A DNA stretch of 63,780 bases, filler included, from Octopus bimaculoides (Eukaryota): NCBI RefSeq assembly GCF_001194135.2. It is 6 parts of 5 records of this genome, joined end to end, with 100 filler letters (N's around TTAATTAATTAA, not from the genome) between each part and the next. Parts side by side here need not be neighbours in the genome. Positions count along the whole stretch, not along the records: positions 30,275 to 40,516 come from NW_026330089.1; positions 40,617 to 50,467 come from NC_068986.1; 4 more parts are not named here. One strand, given 5' to 3'. A model generated the notes under the pieces. The model worked only from the letters and a program-made list of their open reading frames with translations, made no database searches and had not been told where the DNA came from. A program made the translations under genes and the position numbers. Position 1 is the stretch's first letter. Each line of letters opens with the position of its first letter. This document shows, piece after piece, positions 30,275 to 42,531 of the stretch.

Positions 30275-30435
30275 ATAGGGCTCTTAATATATATATATAT
30301 GTATGTATATATGTGTATATATATATATATATATGTATGTATATATGTGTATATATATATATATGTATGTATATATGTGTATATATATATATATGTACGT
30401 ATATATGTGTATATATATATATATATATGTATGTA

Positions 30436-30466
<31 letters not shown>

Positions 30467-30682
30467 GTATGTATATATGTGTATATATATATATATATGT
30501 ATGTATATATGTGTATATATATATATGTATGTATATATGTGTATATATATATATATGTATATATGTGTATATATATATATATATATGTATGTATATATGT
30601 GTATATATATATATATATGTATGTTTATTGATGTATGTGCATATATATATATGTATGTGTATATATATATATGTATGTATAT

Positions 30683-30727
<45 letters not shown>

Positions 30728-30751
30728 CATATAAATATACATATGTATATA

Positions 30752-30858
30752 TCATCATCATCATCATCATCATCGTTTAACGTCCGCTTTCCATGCTAGC
30801 ATGGGTTGGACGATTTGACTGAGGACTGGTGAAACCGGATGGCAACACCAGGCTCCAG
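30752..30858 (-). mobile_element. 3' tail of the RTE-related short repeat (…ccatgctagcatggaaagcggacgttaaacgatgatgat)
   Basis: Nearly identical to the reverse complement of ~57375-57480; a shorter copy lies at 31779-31822. Confidence 0.8.
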
Positions 30859-31376
30859 TATGCATATGTGTATATATACTTGAATATATATATATATATA
30901 TAGGGTAGGAAATCTTTACAAATTTCACTACCAGTAGCCTAGCATGTATAAAAATTCAATAGACAATATATTATTCAATATAAAATAGTGTTCATTTAAA
31001 CATGAGAAATTACCTATAACAGGGAATTTCTACACACTAGAAGACCATCAGACAACCGAAAACCACAAAATGTAAGCTATTTCAAAGGGAATGAAAAAAA
31101 TAAAAACTTTTACCTTGTTTTCACAGTTAGAGCTATAAGTTTTGAATTCTTTTAGTTAATAAAATAATTTCCTAGACAAATTCTCTTCAGTAACCAGCCG
31201 TCCAAGATTATCTTATAATTATGAGATGAATCCCACATGTCTCATCATTACATGTTATAATTTTTTTCAAAATTCACTACGCAGGCACAGTTTCAGTCGG
31301 CAGAAAATGAAAAATGCCGAAACCAACTTAAATGTACACTATTTTATATGTATATATATGTGTACATATACACATC

Positions 31377-31423
<47 letters not shown>

Positions 31424-31856
31424 TAAAATATATAGATATGTATAAACATAAATATATATGTATACATTAAGATATATATATGTATAAACACAAATATATA
31501 TATATATATATATANNNNNNNNNNNNNNNNNNNNNNNNNNNNNNNNNNNNNNNNNNNNNNNNNNNNNNNNNNNNNNNNNNNNNNNNNNNNNNNNNNNNNN
31601 NNNNNNNNNNNNNNNNNNNNNNNNNNNNNNNNNNNNNNNNNNNNNNNNNNNNNNNNNNNNNNNNNNNNNNNNNNNNNNNNNNNNNNNNNNNNGTATAAAT
31701 ATATATAAGTATATATATGTATAAATATATATGTATAAATATGTATATATAGGTATAAATATATATATGTATATATAATCATCATCATCATCGTCCGCTT
31801 TCCATGCTAGCATGGGTTGGACAAAATAATAAGCGTTCCCATGCTGGGAATCGAAC

Positions 31857-31890
<34 letters not shown>

Positions 31891-31891
<1 letters not shown>

Positions 31892-32180
31892 TGCAGACAA
31901 CTGGCTGGATGGATACAGAGGTCCTTCAAGACAAGTGACTATGTCGACCTTGTGGAGAACCTTTGTTTTCAGCCACCTGGACTGTTGCTTTCATCTGTGG
32001 TTACCACATAGTCCAAAACGAACGGCTGGGCTTGAAGCAGTCCAATGCCAACACACTAAAACTATTGAAACAGTGCATTGGATGAGTTTCAGAGATAGGC
32101 TGAGAAAACTACAGCTTTACTCCCTGGAGCAATAAAATACATATGGAAAATCCTAGAAGGGCTAGTACCTGAAAACAAGG
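31891..32180 (+). mobile_element. CR1/L2-group LINE RT C-terminal fragment
   Basis: TLWRTFVFSHLDCCFHLWLPHS...LEAVQCQHTK...SFRDRLRKLQLYSLEQ...WKILEGLVP, the typical L.Y.ERL..L.L.SL motif. Confidence 0.75.
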
Positions 32181-33525
32181 AGTTAAAGAAGTCATTTTCT
32201 TGAATAAGAAGCAAGTATTAGTCATAAGAAGTGCATGCAGCCATAAAATATTGTCAAATAAGTATGTATCTAACTCATGCAAACTTGAAAAATGTGACGT
32301 GAAAGCTAATGAATGAATATATAATACATATGTATATTTTTGTGTGCCTCTTGTGCATGCATGTGTCATTTGATGTATAAAGCTGGAAAATGTTTTTTTA
32401 TGTATGTTTATATGTGTATGTGTATTTGTTTAACTATACAGATAACTCTATGGACTTTGAGATGTAATGCACTTTGTTTATGTAAATCATTGTATTCAGT
32501 GTGTGTGTATGAAAATATGTATATTATTGTGTTCACATTATTCACTTAGTGTAATTTTTCAAGTCCCTGCCTAGCTGAATTATTATGCACTTCATTCCCT
32601 ACTAATGGAATTTAAGTAACAATGAATTCAGTTTAATTAAGGAAATCTGAAGAACTTTGGTTTAAACTTTTCACTTCATCCTCTATACCCAAAACTTTTT
32701 ACCTCAGCATAAAAATTTCTTTTTCACTCACTCTTGCTGTCCATTTCTAATAAATATATAAATAATACTTTTCGATTCAGTTTTACATTCCTATAAATTC
32801 AACTAGTTCTGCAGTTTATGAACCTGCTTGCAAGTAACTCATTGTATTCCACCCGTGTGAGGGAATGATGCCATCAATATAAATGGTATTGTAGAAAAAT
32901 AGCATTAAGCCTGAAACCAATCATCAGTGAATCTTTGATCTTATGTTCTTACTTTCAAGCTTTAATTTGTAAATATACATATCTATATTTTCTATATTTT
33001 CCTATATTCATATTTATACACACACATACTGATAAGCAGGATTTTAGGCTGTTTATCTTAAATTAATCTCAACATTTCTCAATGAATGTTATCCAAAATT
33101 TGCACACATCCATTATGATTTTGAAATAAAGGATGAAAGAAAAAATTGCAGTTCCAAGATCTCTCTTGGATAAACAGTGAAGATTCAAGAAATGAGATGG
33201 TCAAGATGAAGTCTGATATTCATAATAGTGTTAAACTGCTCAGTTTTCTCTTTTTACTCCCTTTCTCACATAAATACAATACACACAGATATGCTTATTC
33301 CTTTTAAATGACAGTATATATTGGCAAATGATAATTATTAAAATTACTTGTGTCAAAATTATATTTTTGTGGGCTTAGTATCTTGTTTCAAATGCTATAC
33401 AATGTAGAACTTAATATAATCTTTCATGGTTTCATATTTAAATTTGTTTATATTCATAAAATATTTAGGTATGAAGAACATGGTCGTTAAAGTTTATAAT
33501 ATTTAAATGTGTGTGTGTGTTTGTA

Positions 33526-33602
<77 letters not shown>

Positions 33603-33854
33603 GTGTGTGTAAGGTTGAAGTCCTATAGTCAATTGACCTATAAGAAGAAGGGTTGTTAGCTATAAATGTTCAGAAACAAGCTTACTATATGGATAGTTCT
33701 CTTTTTTTACCCTATTTAATGATGAGCTAAATTTCAGCACTTGAGCAAAACAGTGCCTCAGCTAGTATACAGGATTTAGTAAACAAATTTTTTGTTGATG
33801 CCTGTCTATACAAAAAAGCCATTGCTCTCATTTAGATTCATTGTTCCAGGTATA

Positions 33855-33896
33855 AGTTAGCCTGAAGAGACACAACCAGGTCGAAATATTGTAACT
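33855..33896 (+). ncRNA. Minimal type I hammerhead ribozyme-like motif (Penelope/retrozyme type), probably decayed
   Basis: AGTTAGC-CTGAAGA-GAC-acaaccag-GTC-GAAA-TAT-T-GTAACT: both core boxes, 3-bp stem II, palindromic ATAT stem III, and stem I with one missing base. Confidence 0.55.
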
Positions 33897-34309
33897 CAAA
33901 GTTCTATTACATCAATAAATCAAGGGTGTTATGAACATACATCCATGAAAAGGGAGAAGTTATTCTCCAATGATGGTAAACAGTGGTGTTTAACTTATGT
34001 CTGAATTGGCTAGAACATGTTAAGAATGAGTAGATACATATATGTATTTGTACATACATATGCATATATATGTAGATATATACACACACACACACATATC
34101 TTTGTATACTTATGTATATATTTATATCTATGTGTCTATAATTTGTAATAACCACTTATTTTACTTGATGCAAAGAGGTATATACATCTTTTATAGTGTT
34201 CTGATTTTCTTTAAATTTTATGAAATGATATTTCATCAGTATTCAGAAAGTATTTCTGTTTTAATCCACTAATCTGATTTAATTATTTCTTTTGTTATTT
34301 TCTTATTAG

Positions 34310-34534
34310 GAGGAATTGAAGAAATCAGGAGCCTTTGAAGCTACAAAAGACTTGTCTGATGACAGTGGTGGGGAGAGAGATGAAGAAGAGACCGAATTCA
34401 TGAAAAGTGAATACGCAACTTTACCTGTTAGGGTTGATTTGGCCTGGCCTGAGAAGAAAGGCAATGGAGATGAGGGCATGGAGCAGTGTGACCTTTCTGA
34501 AAGCAGTTCAAGGACATCAATAATTGAGCCATCT
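34310..34534 (+). CDS. Internal coding exon (phase 0/0, 75 codons) of an unidentified protein
   Basis: tttcttattag acceptor and GTAAGT donor at 34535; open frame EELKKSGAFEATKDLSDDSGGERDEEETEF...SSRTSIIEPS. Confidence 0.8.
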
Positions 34535-34572
34535 GTAAGTAGCTGTCTGTTATATGTAATAGTTATATGAAT

Positions 34573-34804
34573 AGGTGGCGAGCTGGCAGAAACGTTAGCG
34601 AGCCAGGCGAGATGCTTAGCGGTATTTCGTCTGCCGTTACGTTCTGAGTTCAAATTCCGCCAAGGTCGACTTTGCCTTTCATCCTTTCGGGGTCGATAAA
34701 TAAAGTACCAGTTACACACTGGGGTCGATGTAATTGACTTAATCCCTTTGTCTGTCCTTGTCTGTCCCCTCTATGTTTAGCCCCTTGTGGGCAGTAAAGA
34801 AATA
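34573..34804 (+). mobile_element. SINE family A, full-length intronic copy
   Basis: tRNA-like head ggcgagctggcagaaacgttagc...ctgagttcaaattcc, body ending gtaaagaaata; fills most of the 356-bp intron. Confidence 0.9.
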
Positions 34805-34890
34805 TATATGTAATGGTTTTGTAAATATGAAAATTATGCTAATTATCAACTTGAGTGATTTGGTGTGCCATTTTTTTTTTTCATTTGTAG

Positions 34891-35645
34891 AGTGATTTTC
34901 AAGAATTTCAGTCAGCAGCAAGTGATGAAAGTAGAATTCTGGTAACAGCTGCTGAAATCCACAGTAAGGATGGAACAAAACAGTATAAAAGTAGAACAGC
35001 AGCTGATTCATCTGATGCTTTTGTTAATGTTTTAGTTAAGCCTTCTCAAATCGATACACCTAGCTTCAGTCCAACAGGAAATATTCAGCTTGCAGATGAA
35101 ATTAGTACTTTGCCTGAGAGTGGACAGTCTTCTGCATTTCGAAGTAGCAGTGACCCAATTTTTGGAAATGAAGCACAGAAAGTATTTCTTGGAACCACAG
35201 ATACTACTGTTGATGTTGATCCTGGAATTGAAGATCCTTCACAAATGTTTCCAATGCCTAACCTTGAAGAAGTACAACCAGCATCTTCAATCACATCCTC
35301 TGCTGAATCAAAAGCAGCTTGGTTATCATCTAGTGTTTCAGGACAAGGTCAACCTCGACTGGCAACTTTTCGCCCAATATCTCCAAGAGCTGCGTCTCCT
35401 GGAAAGCTTGGGAGTCCTATGACCCCTGATTCTGGAGATGAAACAAATGGACGCTCTCAGTCAAACCAATCTACTCCGAAACGTAGTAAAACTTTGTTAG
35501 GAGTTGCTCCGCCTCAAGTTCCTCCCAAATATCAGTCACTAAGGAATTCCAGAGGTGCTGAAAGTCCTAAGGAGGAGCAGCCTGGTCAAGGTCAAGGTAC
35601 CAGTAGTGGTAGTGTTGGAAGAAAGCCAACATCAGGATCAAAACA
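34891..35645 (+). CDS. Large internal coding exon (755 bp, phase 0/2), Ser/Pro-rich and predicted disordered
   Basis: T-tract+tcatttgtag acceptor; in frame with the previous exon and with ORF 35110-35649 (SDFQEFQSAASDES...PPQVPPKYQSLR...SGSK); GTAAGT donor at 35646. Confidence 0.82.
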
Positions 35646-38600
35646 GTAAGTACTTTTTTTATATACAGTCGTGTATATTTAAGTATTTTGAGTATTGTAG
35701 AATTTTGGCTTATTGTAATTTCAATTCCATTTGAGCGAAAGACAAAAGAGAACAATTTATCATTCTGCTTTTGTATAATTAGACATAAAAATAATGTTTA
35801 TTTAATGAAATAATCCCATTATCTACTTTATTTTCTAAGTCACAGACACATATTGCTAAAATTCACATTGATTTTTGGCAACCATATGCATATTTTAGAA
35901 TCATCGTATCAAGAAATTAATGGCTAGTAATGAGCTCTCAAATAATTTTTTTATAAGAATTACAAAATCTGTTGGTCTAACTATTTATGAGTTTCCTTTG
36001 TTGTGTATTTTATAAATAGTTAGAAGTTTAGATATGGTGCAAAATGACTGAAGAGCAATAGCAATATAAAAGATTGTAATTTTAAGGTTTGTAATTCTCC
36101 AAACTCACATAAACAAAGACCTTGAAAGCATCCTCAAACGGGGATTTGGCGTTTGTCTATTTCAGTAGCAAGAAAACTGATGCTCATATCAAAAGAACAG
36201 TATTGCACCACACCTCACTTAATTATGAATAGCATTCAGCCCTGATCTTCAAAATCACTCCAATTATTGAGTCTCACTATCCTTTTGGATCTTTCCTAGC
36301 AAAAGCACATCCTTAAGATTGCTAGGGCCGCATCCCATTGAAAGTTTCTCTGTTTACAGTCAAAGATAATTCAGCCTCCAACCAACAGTTATTGATATCT
36401 ACAAAGTTCTACTGGGGCCCACTCCGGAGTATTGCTCTAACATCTGTAATGGTGCTACTTTGTGTTGATACTTTACAACTAAGGCATTATTGTTGGTGAT
36501 TGATTTAACACATTCAAAAACTATGCTACTAGTATTATTATAGGCAGTAGATTACAGGACTGGTATTTTGCTGGACAAAACATCTTGACCTATTTAGTTA
36601 TACTTCATGATATGATTTCAGATACGGAAAAGTTTGACTTTACCTTTCATTCCTCTTTAATTTATAAACAAGTTCCAAAATTTGAGGCTTGTGTCAAAGT
36701 TAGAAATCTTTTGTTATTTTAAATCAGACAATTAAAACTCAATATTGGAGTCTTTTGAATAAGCACAATGGCTCTCTATTTTAAAAATGCCATTTCTTTG
36801 ATCAAATGATATAAAATAGTTATTGTGAATATGTATATGACTCAATTAAAGAGATGTTATAGTCAGGAATAAATTGCTTAAAAGTATCTCAATTCAGTGA
36901 ATTTTATAAAACTTAGTTCAGAAATAATTACAATAGTTTTTGAAGAGTTTAAGTAATGGTTATATTGTGATTTATCAAAATTAATGCTTGTTAACAAAAG
37001 GAGACTTGTTCAGAGAAGTTTCAAAATGAGTTAATAGATTACCATATGGAAAACCTTTGAACCTAGAATATAATTCTTAATAAAAGTCATGTTGGTTCGT
37101 ACTGTTAATTTAAATATATTCTTAAACCAATAAATGCTGATTTATTACACAGAGAATCTTATAATAAAATAAGCAAAAGTATTTATGTAACAACTATGAG
37201 ATACAAAAGCATATCAAAAAATATACAAGTGTTAATTTTCTTATTAACAAATAACATTTTTGCTTTTTAATAACGTTTATAATAACATTTTTTTTTATTA
37301 CTTGCTGTCCGTTTATATATTTTGTACCAACTTCAACTCTGGCTCTTTGATTTTGTATTTAAGAAATATTTCGTTTGTAATTGTATAGTAATAATATATG
37401 GTTTTAAGTGAAATCAAATAGTTTGCCTTCTGAATATGATACTTGCTATTTTACCTTTTTATTTTCATAGACTTTTGGCCATACAATTCACAAGAAATTT
37501 TATTTCTGAAAGTGACAATGATATTAAGATCAATAACATTAACACTACTTTGTAAATGTATTATCCATATCATTATTGAAAACAAGATAATATATTTTTT
37601 TAGTATTAAAAATAAAAAGTAGAAATGTTGAAAATGTTAAGAATTTTCACCATTTTCTTTCTTTTGGATGTCAGACTATGAGAATTTTGCTTTCAAATCA
37701 GCTACATCATTTCAACAAGCTGATGTTATATCATTTAGTATTTGACATTTATTATTCCTCAATGTTTTTATTTCCCACAAAATTCCAACACTATATAATC
37801 CAGTATGGCAAAATTATTGAAAATGTTTTTGCATTTTCTTTTTAGATCTTTCAGAGTGATTTTTGTTATCAAAATTTCATTTAAATAGCATTTCACTTAC
37901 ATAGATTCATTTACATTCTTATAATGATAAATATAAGGATTTTATGGCCTAATTATAAGTGCATCAAATGAAATATTCATCCTGGCTTTTATGAACTACA
38001 ATATGTAATATTCGTCCTGGCCTTTATGAACTGCATTTAAAACTGTATTTGTTTCTGGAGTCAATCAAGAAATATCAGTCTCCAAGTATTGGAGTCAATT
38101 GAATCAAGAACTGGAGTCTGACATTATGTTTAGTTATGTTCTAGCTACTCTTGTGATTACACTGTTGCCCAACCATACTAATCTTCAACTTTCCCTAAAG
38201 TAACATTTGTAACATGGAAAGGACAGACTTATGTTACATGAACAGCTGTTGGTTTTCCATATAATTAATCTTGTTCAGACCTGTACTCTGTAGAGGACAC
38301 TCTAGTGTTACTTCAGTGCCATCTACCAACACAAACTGAATGGAAACTTTCCAGGTACAGATCCATGATCTCATGAGACATATGGAAGCTAATGAAGGAT
38401 ATATATTTTGGTCATGTAAATATTAATTAGATATTAAGTTGTTTTGTAAGATTAGATTAATAAATGTAAGAACGTTTTTTGTATAGCCTGTTTTATGACC
38501 CGAACATTAAGTTCAGAAATAGATAGCTCATATATGTAATTGATATGTAGATTTTTCTGTTGGATCTAACCTCCTACCCTATGCACTTTTTTCTACTGTT

Positions 38601-38806
38601 TATATTTATTGTGATTTTTAAATCAATATTTCTAGAGTAGCATATGTTGGATGAGATTTGCAACTTCAGGTATTTGCTATTTTTGCATTACTGTTAGGTA
38701 TTCTAACTACCATTTATGAGGAGCCTATAGAGAAGCCAATTCAAGGTTGATTTGGCTTCAACAACAAAACCATGAAGTGGGTGTCATTTCTGTTTGTGTG
38801 TGTGTG

Positions 38807-39050
38807 AAGGCACATAGCTTATAGGTTCGGGTATTTGCCTCACAATCATAACGTTGTGAGTTTAATTCCTGGTTGCGCATTGTATCCCTGAGCACTTTGT
38901 TACATTCTGTGTCACACTGAATCTCCTTGAGAACTATGTGAAGTGTACATGTTTGTGGAGTGCTCAGCCACTTACACATTAATTTCACGAACAGATTGTT
39001 TTGTTGATCAGATCAACTGGAACACTTGTCATCATAACCAACAGAGTGGT
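38807..39050 (+). mobile_element. SINE family C (degenerate, tRNA-like head)
   Basis: A/B-box-like head (ggttcgggtatttgcctcacaatcataacgttgtgagtttaattcctgg) followed by a repeat-like body. Confidence 0.5.
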
Positions 39051-39936
39051 AAAGAGAAAATTAGTAGATTGTTCATGTAAATTAGAAAATGTATTGAAGT
39101 AACAGAATGAGAATCATGTTAAGATGAAGCCAAAGCGGACTTCTCCAATATCACTTGTGATGGTGTTGCCTGGATGGAGATTTAAATTCCAGTTCACTGG
39201 TGGAAGAGGGAGATCCTAGTTACCTTTATCAGAAAACTGACACAATACAGCTGATCCTGGATGTATGGTAAATAAAATAAAATTTGAAGTGGAGATTTCT
39301 GTGTATAAACAGTAATACTTGACACAGAAGAGGTTACATGTGTCCCCAACATCATGCTTGTGATGTGATACAGACTGTTAGTGACTTATTTTGTAGATTA
39401 AAAAAACATTTGCAGTTTTCATATATTTACTATAATCTCATGATTAAAATAATTTCTGCAACACATCTTCAAAAGATTATTATTTTAAAATTGTGAATTA
39501 ATGCAGTATAATAAGTGGTTGTGTGTTTAAATCTTGCTACAGAACCATCTCAAATTCAGACGTTCATTACACTATTTGCCACGACTGACTTAGCCAAAAA
39601 TTAAGTACTACTTTTACCAAAGTTGTTAATATTAAGAAGAGCATTCAGCTGTAAATAAATATGTGTTCAGTTATCTAAATTCATCGAATTATCCAATGTG
39701 TATTGATTGGTTTGGAAACTTAGAGTTAAGTTATTAGAGTACTTTGATGATAAATGCATAATTTAGTATGACAGCCAGTCACTAGTCAGTAAACCAATAT
39801 ATTATTACAAGATGTTGTGAGCTCAAAATCTAATATTTTCATTTAAATATTTATTTGACTATTAAACATGATTTTCTATTATAAATGAAGATTCAAAATG
39901 ATTAATTTTTTTCTCTGTCTTTGTTTCCTTTTGTAG

Positions 39937-40145
39937 TATGTACTTGGCCATCATGTCCTGTATGTGCTTACTTAGCCTTGCAGTTGGTGTTTACAGCTAT
40001 GGGAATGAAATTACTGAAACTGAAATAATAGTTACAGTATCCACTCCAAGAAATTTCCTTTTGAATGATTCTGCAATATTTTTCAGTATGAATAAAACTA
40101 GTGATCTGAAAATATTCGAACTTCCTCTTAAAGTTACTTGGTTTG
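39937..40145 (+). CDS. Coding exon with a hydrophobic segment followed by N-glycosylation sequons; downstream exon of the same gene or signal-peptide exon of another gene
   Basis: Strong acceptor (ttctctgtctttgtttccttttgtag) and GTGAGT donor at 40146; phase-compatible with the 35645 donor (CA|T). Reads MYLAIMSCMCLLSLAVGVYSYGNEITET...NDS...NKT...KVTWFG. Confidence 0.65.
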
Positions 40146-40516
40146 GTGAGTTTTCACATTACAAATGTTTATATTGGTTCTTTACAGCTATCTATATTTG
40201 TTCTCTTTTACTTAGAGTTTTCACCGTTTTTATTTTGTATTACATAGTTTTTTTTAACTTTTGTTTACAGTGTTTATTCCTTTACTTTTCTCACCCTTTC
40301 TGCTCCAATCATATTAGGACACCACCTGTAAAGGATTTTAGTCACTCATATTGACCACATAACTTTGTTTGGTACTTATAGTCTGGATCAATATTTATTA
40401 CATTAAGTCCTCTTTCACCTGAGAGAGTTAACTTGCATGTAATAAATGTCACGGTGGCTAATTAACGAATGTTTTATCAGCAATACATATCTATTGTATA
40501 TATGTATAATATGTAT

Positions 40517-40616
40517 NNNNNNNNNNNNNNNNNNNNNNNNNNNNNNNNNNNNNNNNNNNNTTAATTAATTAANNNNNNNNNNNNNNNNNNNNNNNNNNNN
40601 NNNNNNNNNNNNNNNN
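40517..40616. other. Artificial assembly join spacer
   Basis: N44-TTAATTAATTAA-N44. Confidence 0.92.
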
Positions 40617-40837
40617 GTGTGTGTGTGTAAATTTGTGTGTGTTTGTCCCTCCACCATCGCTTGATAACCGATGTTAGTGTGCTTACGTCCCCGTAACTTA
40701 GCGGTTCGGCAAAAAGAGACCGATAGAATAAGTACTAGGCTTACAAAGAATAAGTCCTGGGGTCGATTTGTTCGACTCAAGACAGTGTTTCAGCATGGCC
40801 GCAGTCAAATGACTGAAACAAGTAAAAGAATAAAAGA
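40617..40837 (+). mobile_element. SINE family B, 3' half
   Basis: Reverse complement of 45803-45990. Confidence 0.85.
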
Positions 40838-40872
<35 letters not shown>

Positions 40873-40911
40873 TGTATGTATGTATAAACGCGTGTTTATA
40901 GTTGTGTCTAC

Positions 40912-41122
40912 AAGGCAGTGAGCTGGCAGAACCGTTAGCACGCTGGGAAAAATGCTTAGCGGCATTTCGTCCGTCTTCACTTTCTGAATTCAAATTCCGC
41001 CGAGCTCATCCTTTCGTGGATCGATAGAATAAGTACCAGCTGAGTATTGGGGTCGATATAATTAGCTTATATTCCTTCCCTTGAAATTGCTGGCTTTGTG
41101 CCAATGTTTGAAACCAATATTT
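40912..41122 (+). mobile_element. SINE family A
   Basis: Same head and body as 34573. Confidence 0.85.
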
Positions 41123-41571
41123 CATCCAACTTACTCTAACTCGGGTTCGAATACCGTTAAGGTTAACTTTGCTTTTCATTCATTTTGGGGGTTATATATA
41201 AAGTGCTTGTCCTAAAATTGGGGGCATTCTCTTCCTTCTCTTTCTATTTACCTATCTGACCCTCAGTTTCTGAAGAAAATCGACTATGATCATAGTTGGC
41301 GAGGGATCGACTCTCCCAAGTCTTAAAATAATCGCAACGCGCCGTATGTCACATGGGTACATTCACTGTACTTATTGCACCGTCGACTATAGACTCCACA
41401 TCCAAATGTATTGAAGGTTCTCTCTGGCTGAATTTAGGTCGGTCGAGTCTTTATCTCGGGAAGTTCTAATTGTTAATTCTTACCTGCATTCACATGATAT
41501 TTTTGCCTGATGTAACACGTTTGAAACAGCTGTAGTGAACCGCAATCCATCTTCTGTTATTATGTACATAC

Positions 41572-41662
<91 letters not shown>

Positions 41663-41688
41663 NNNNNNNNNNNNNNNNNNNNNNNNNG

Positions 41689-41896
41689 TCCATGTATCAG
41701 TGCATTGCGGCCGTTTGAAACAACTCCAATTAATCGATCAATGCAAACATTACATCAATCTGAAATAAAACAGCTCTCTTCGGATATGGTCGTTCGCGTC
41801 CGAGGAGAGCGGTTTATTTAAAATTGATGTAATGTTTGCATTGATCGACTAAATGCAGCCCCTTGAAACGACGGCCGTAATGCACTGACGCCTGGA
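41689..41896. repeat. ~210-bp inverted repeat with a 14-nt loop (MITE-like or hairpin RNA)
   Basis: Arms 41689-41784 and 41799-41896 include a perfect 26-bp core tcgatcaatgcaaacattacatcaat. Confidence 0.8.
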
Positions 41897-42030
41897 TATC
41901 CTTGTTACTTATTTGCTTTTTATTCGCCTAACTTCGAGCTGTGGACCATACCGGACAGACTTGGTACCTCAACTTAAGTACCTAATTCAACTGAGTTTTG
42001 ATAATTTCTTATATATATAAATATATATAT

Positions 42031-42216
42031 ATAGCTGGCCGCCTACACTTTTTTCTGCAAAATAGGGGTAGTTTATCCTGTTCAGGCTATATTATTAGCA
42101 TTATCCTGCGTTTGAGAATTTAAAATCACTTCTTTAACTTTCTAAGACATCTCAACGCTTCTACAGCAAACTTCGTTTGTTTGTTTACGTTTCTCGTAAT
42201 TTGAATTTAACGTATG
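42031..42216 (+). repeat. Headless duplicate of the body of the 42278-42531 element
   Basis: About 95% identical by eye to 42343-42531. Confidence 0.85.
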
Positions 42217-42277
42217 GTAGCGTCTCATAAAGAGAGATTTCTATACATCTTAAATTTGCAGAAGAATTTGTCATGAG

Positions 42278-42531
42278 GGCATTTTAGCTTAATGGTTTAG
42301 AGCACCGCGACGCGTAAACATTGAGGTGTGAGTTCGAGTCTCATAGCTGGCCGCCAACACAACTTTTTCTGCAAAATAGGGGTAGCTTATCCTGTTCAGG
42401 CTATATTATTAGCATTATCCTGCGATTGAGAATTTAAAATCACTTCTTTAACTTTCTAAGACATCTCAACGCTTCTAAAAGCAAACTTCATTTGTTTGTT
42501 TACGTTTATCGTAATTTGAATTTAATGTATG
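42278..42531 (+). mobile_element. tRNA-derived SINE-like element with an (ATGT)n tail
   Basis: A box tagcttaatggtttagagc, T-arm gtgag-ttcgagt-ctcat, poor acceptor and anticodon stems, ~190-bp body, microsatellite tail. Confidence 0.6.

Noticed and set aside
30219-30780. Tyr/Ile/Val/Cys-rich ORFs in several frames
   Set aside because: Compound (TA)/(TG)/(TATG) microsatellite lacking stop codons; the same applies to the many similar ORFs across the window.
41483-41555. Minus-strand mini-exon (EDGLRFTTAVSNVLHQAKISCECR) as PM20D1 exon 2
   Set aside because: GTAAG donor present, but the acceptor is weak and the peptide has no resemblance to M20 peptidases.
42278-42356. Functional tRNA gene
   Set aside because: D- and T-arms are present, but acceptor and anticodon stems do not pair; treated as a SINE head or pseudogene.
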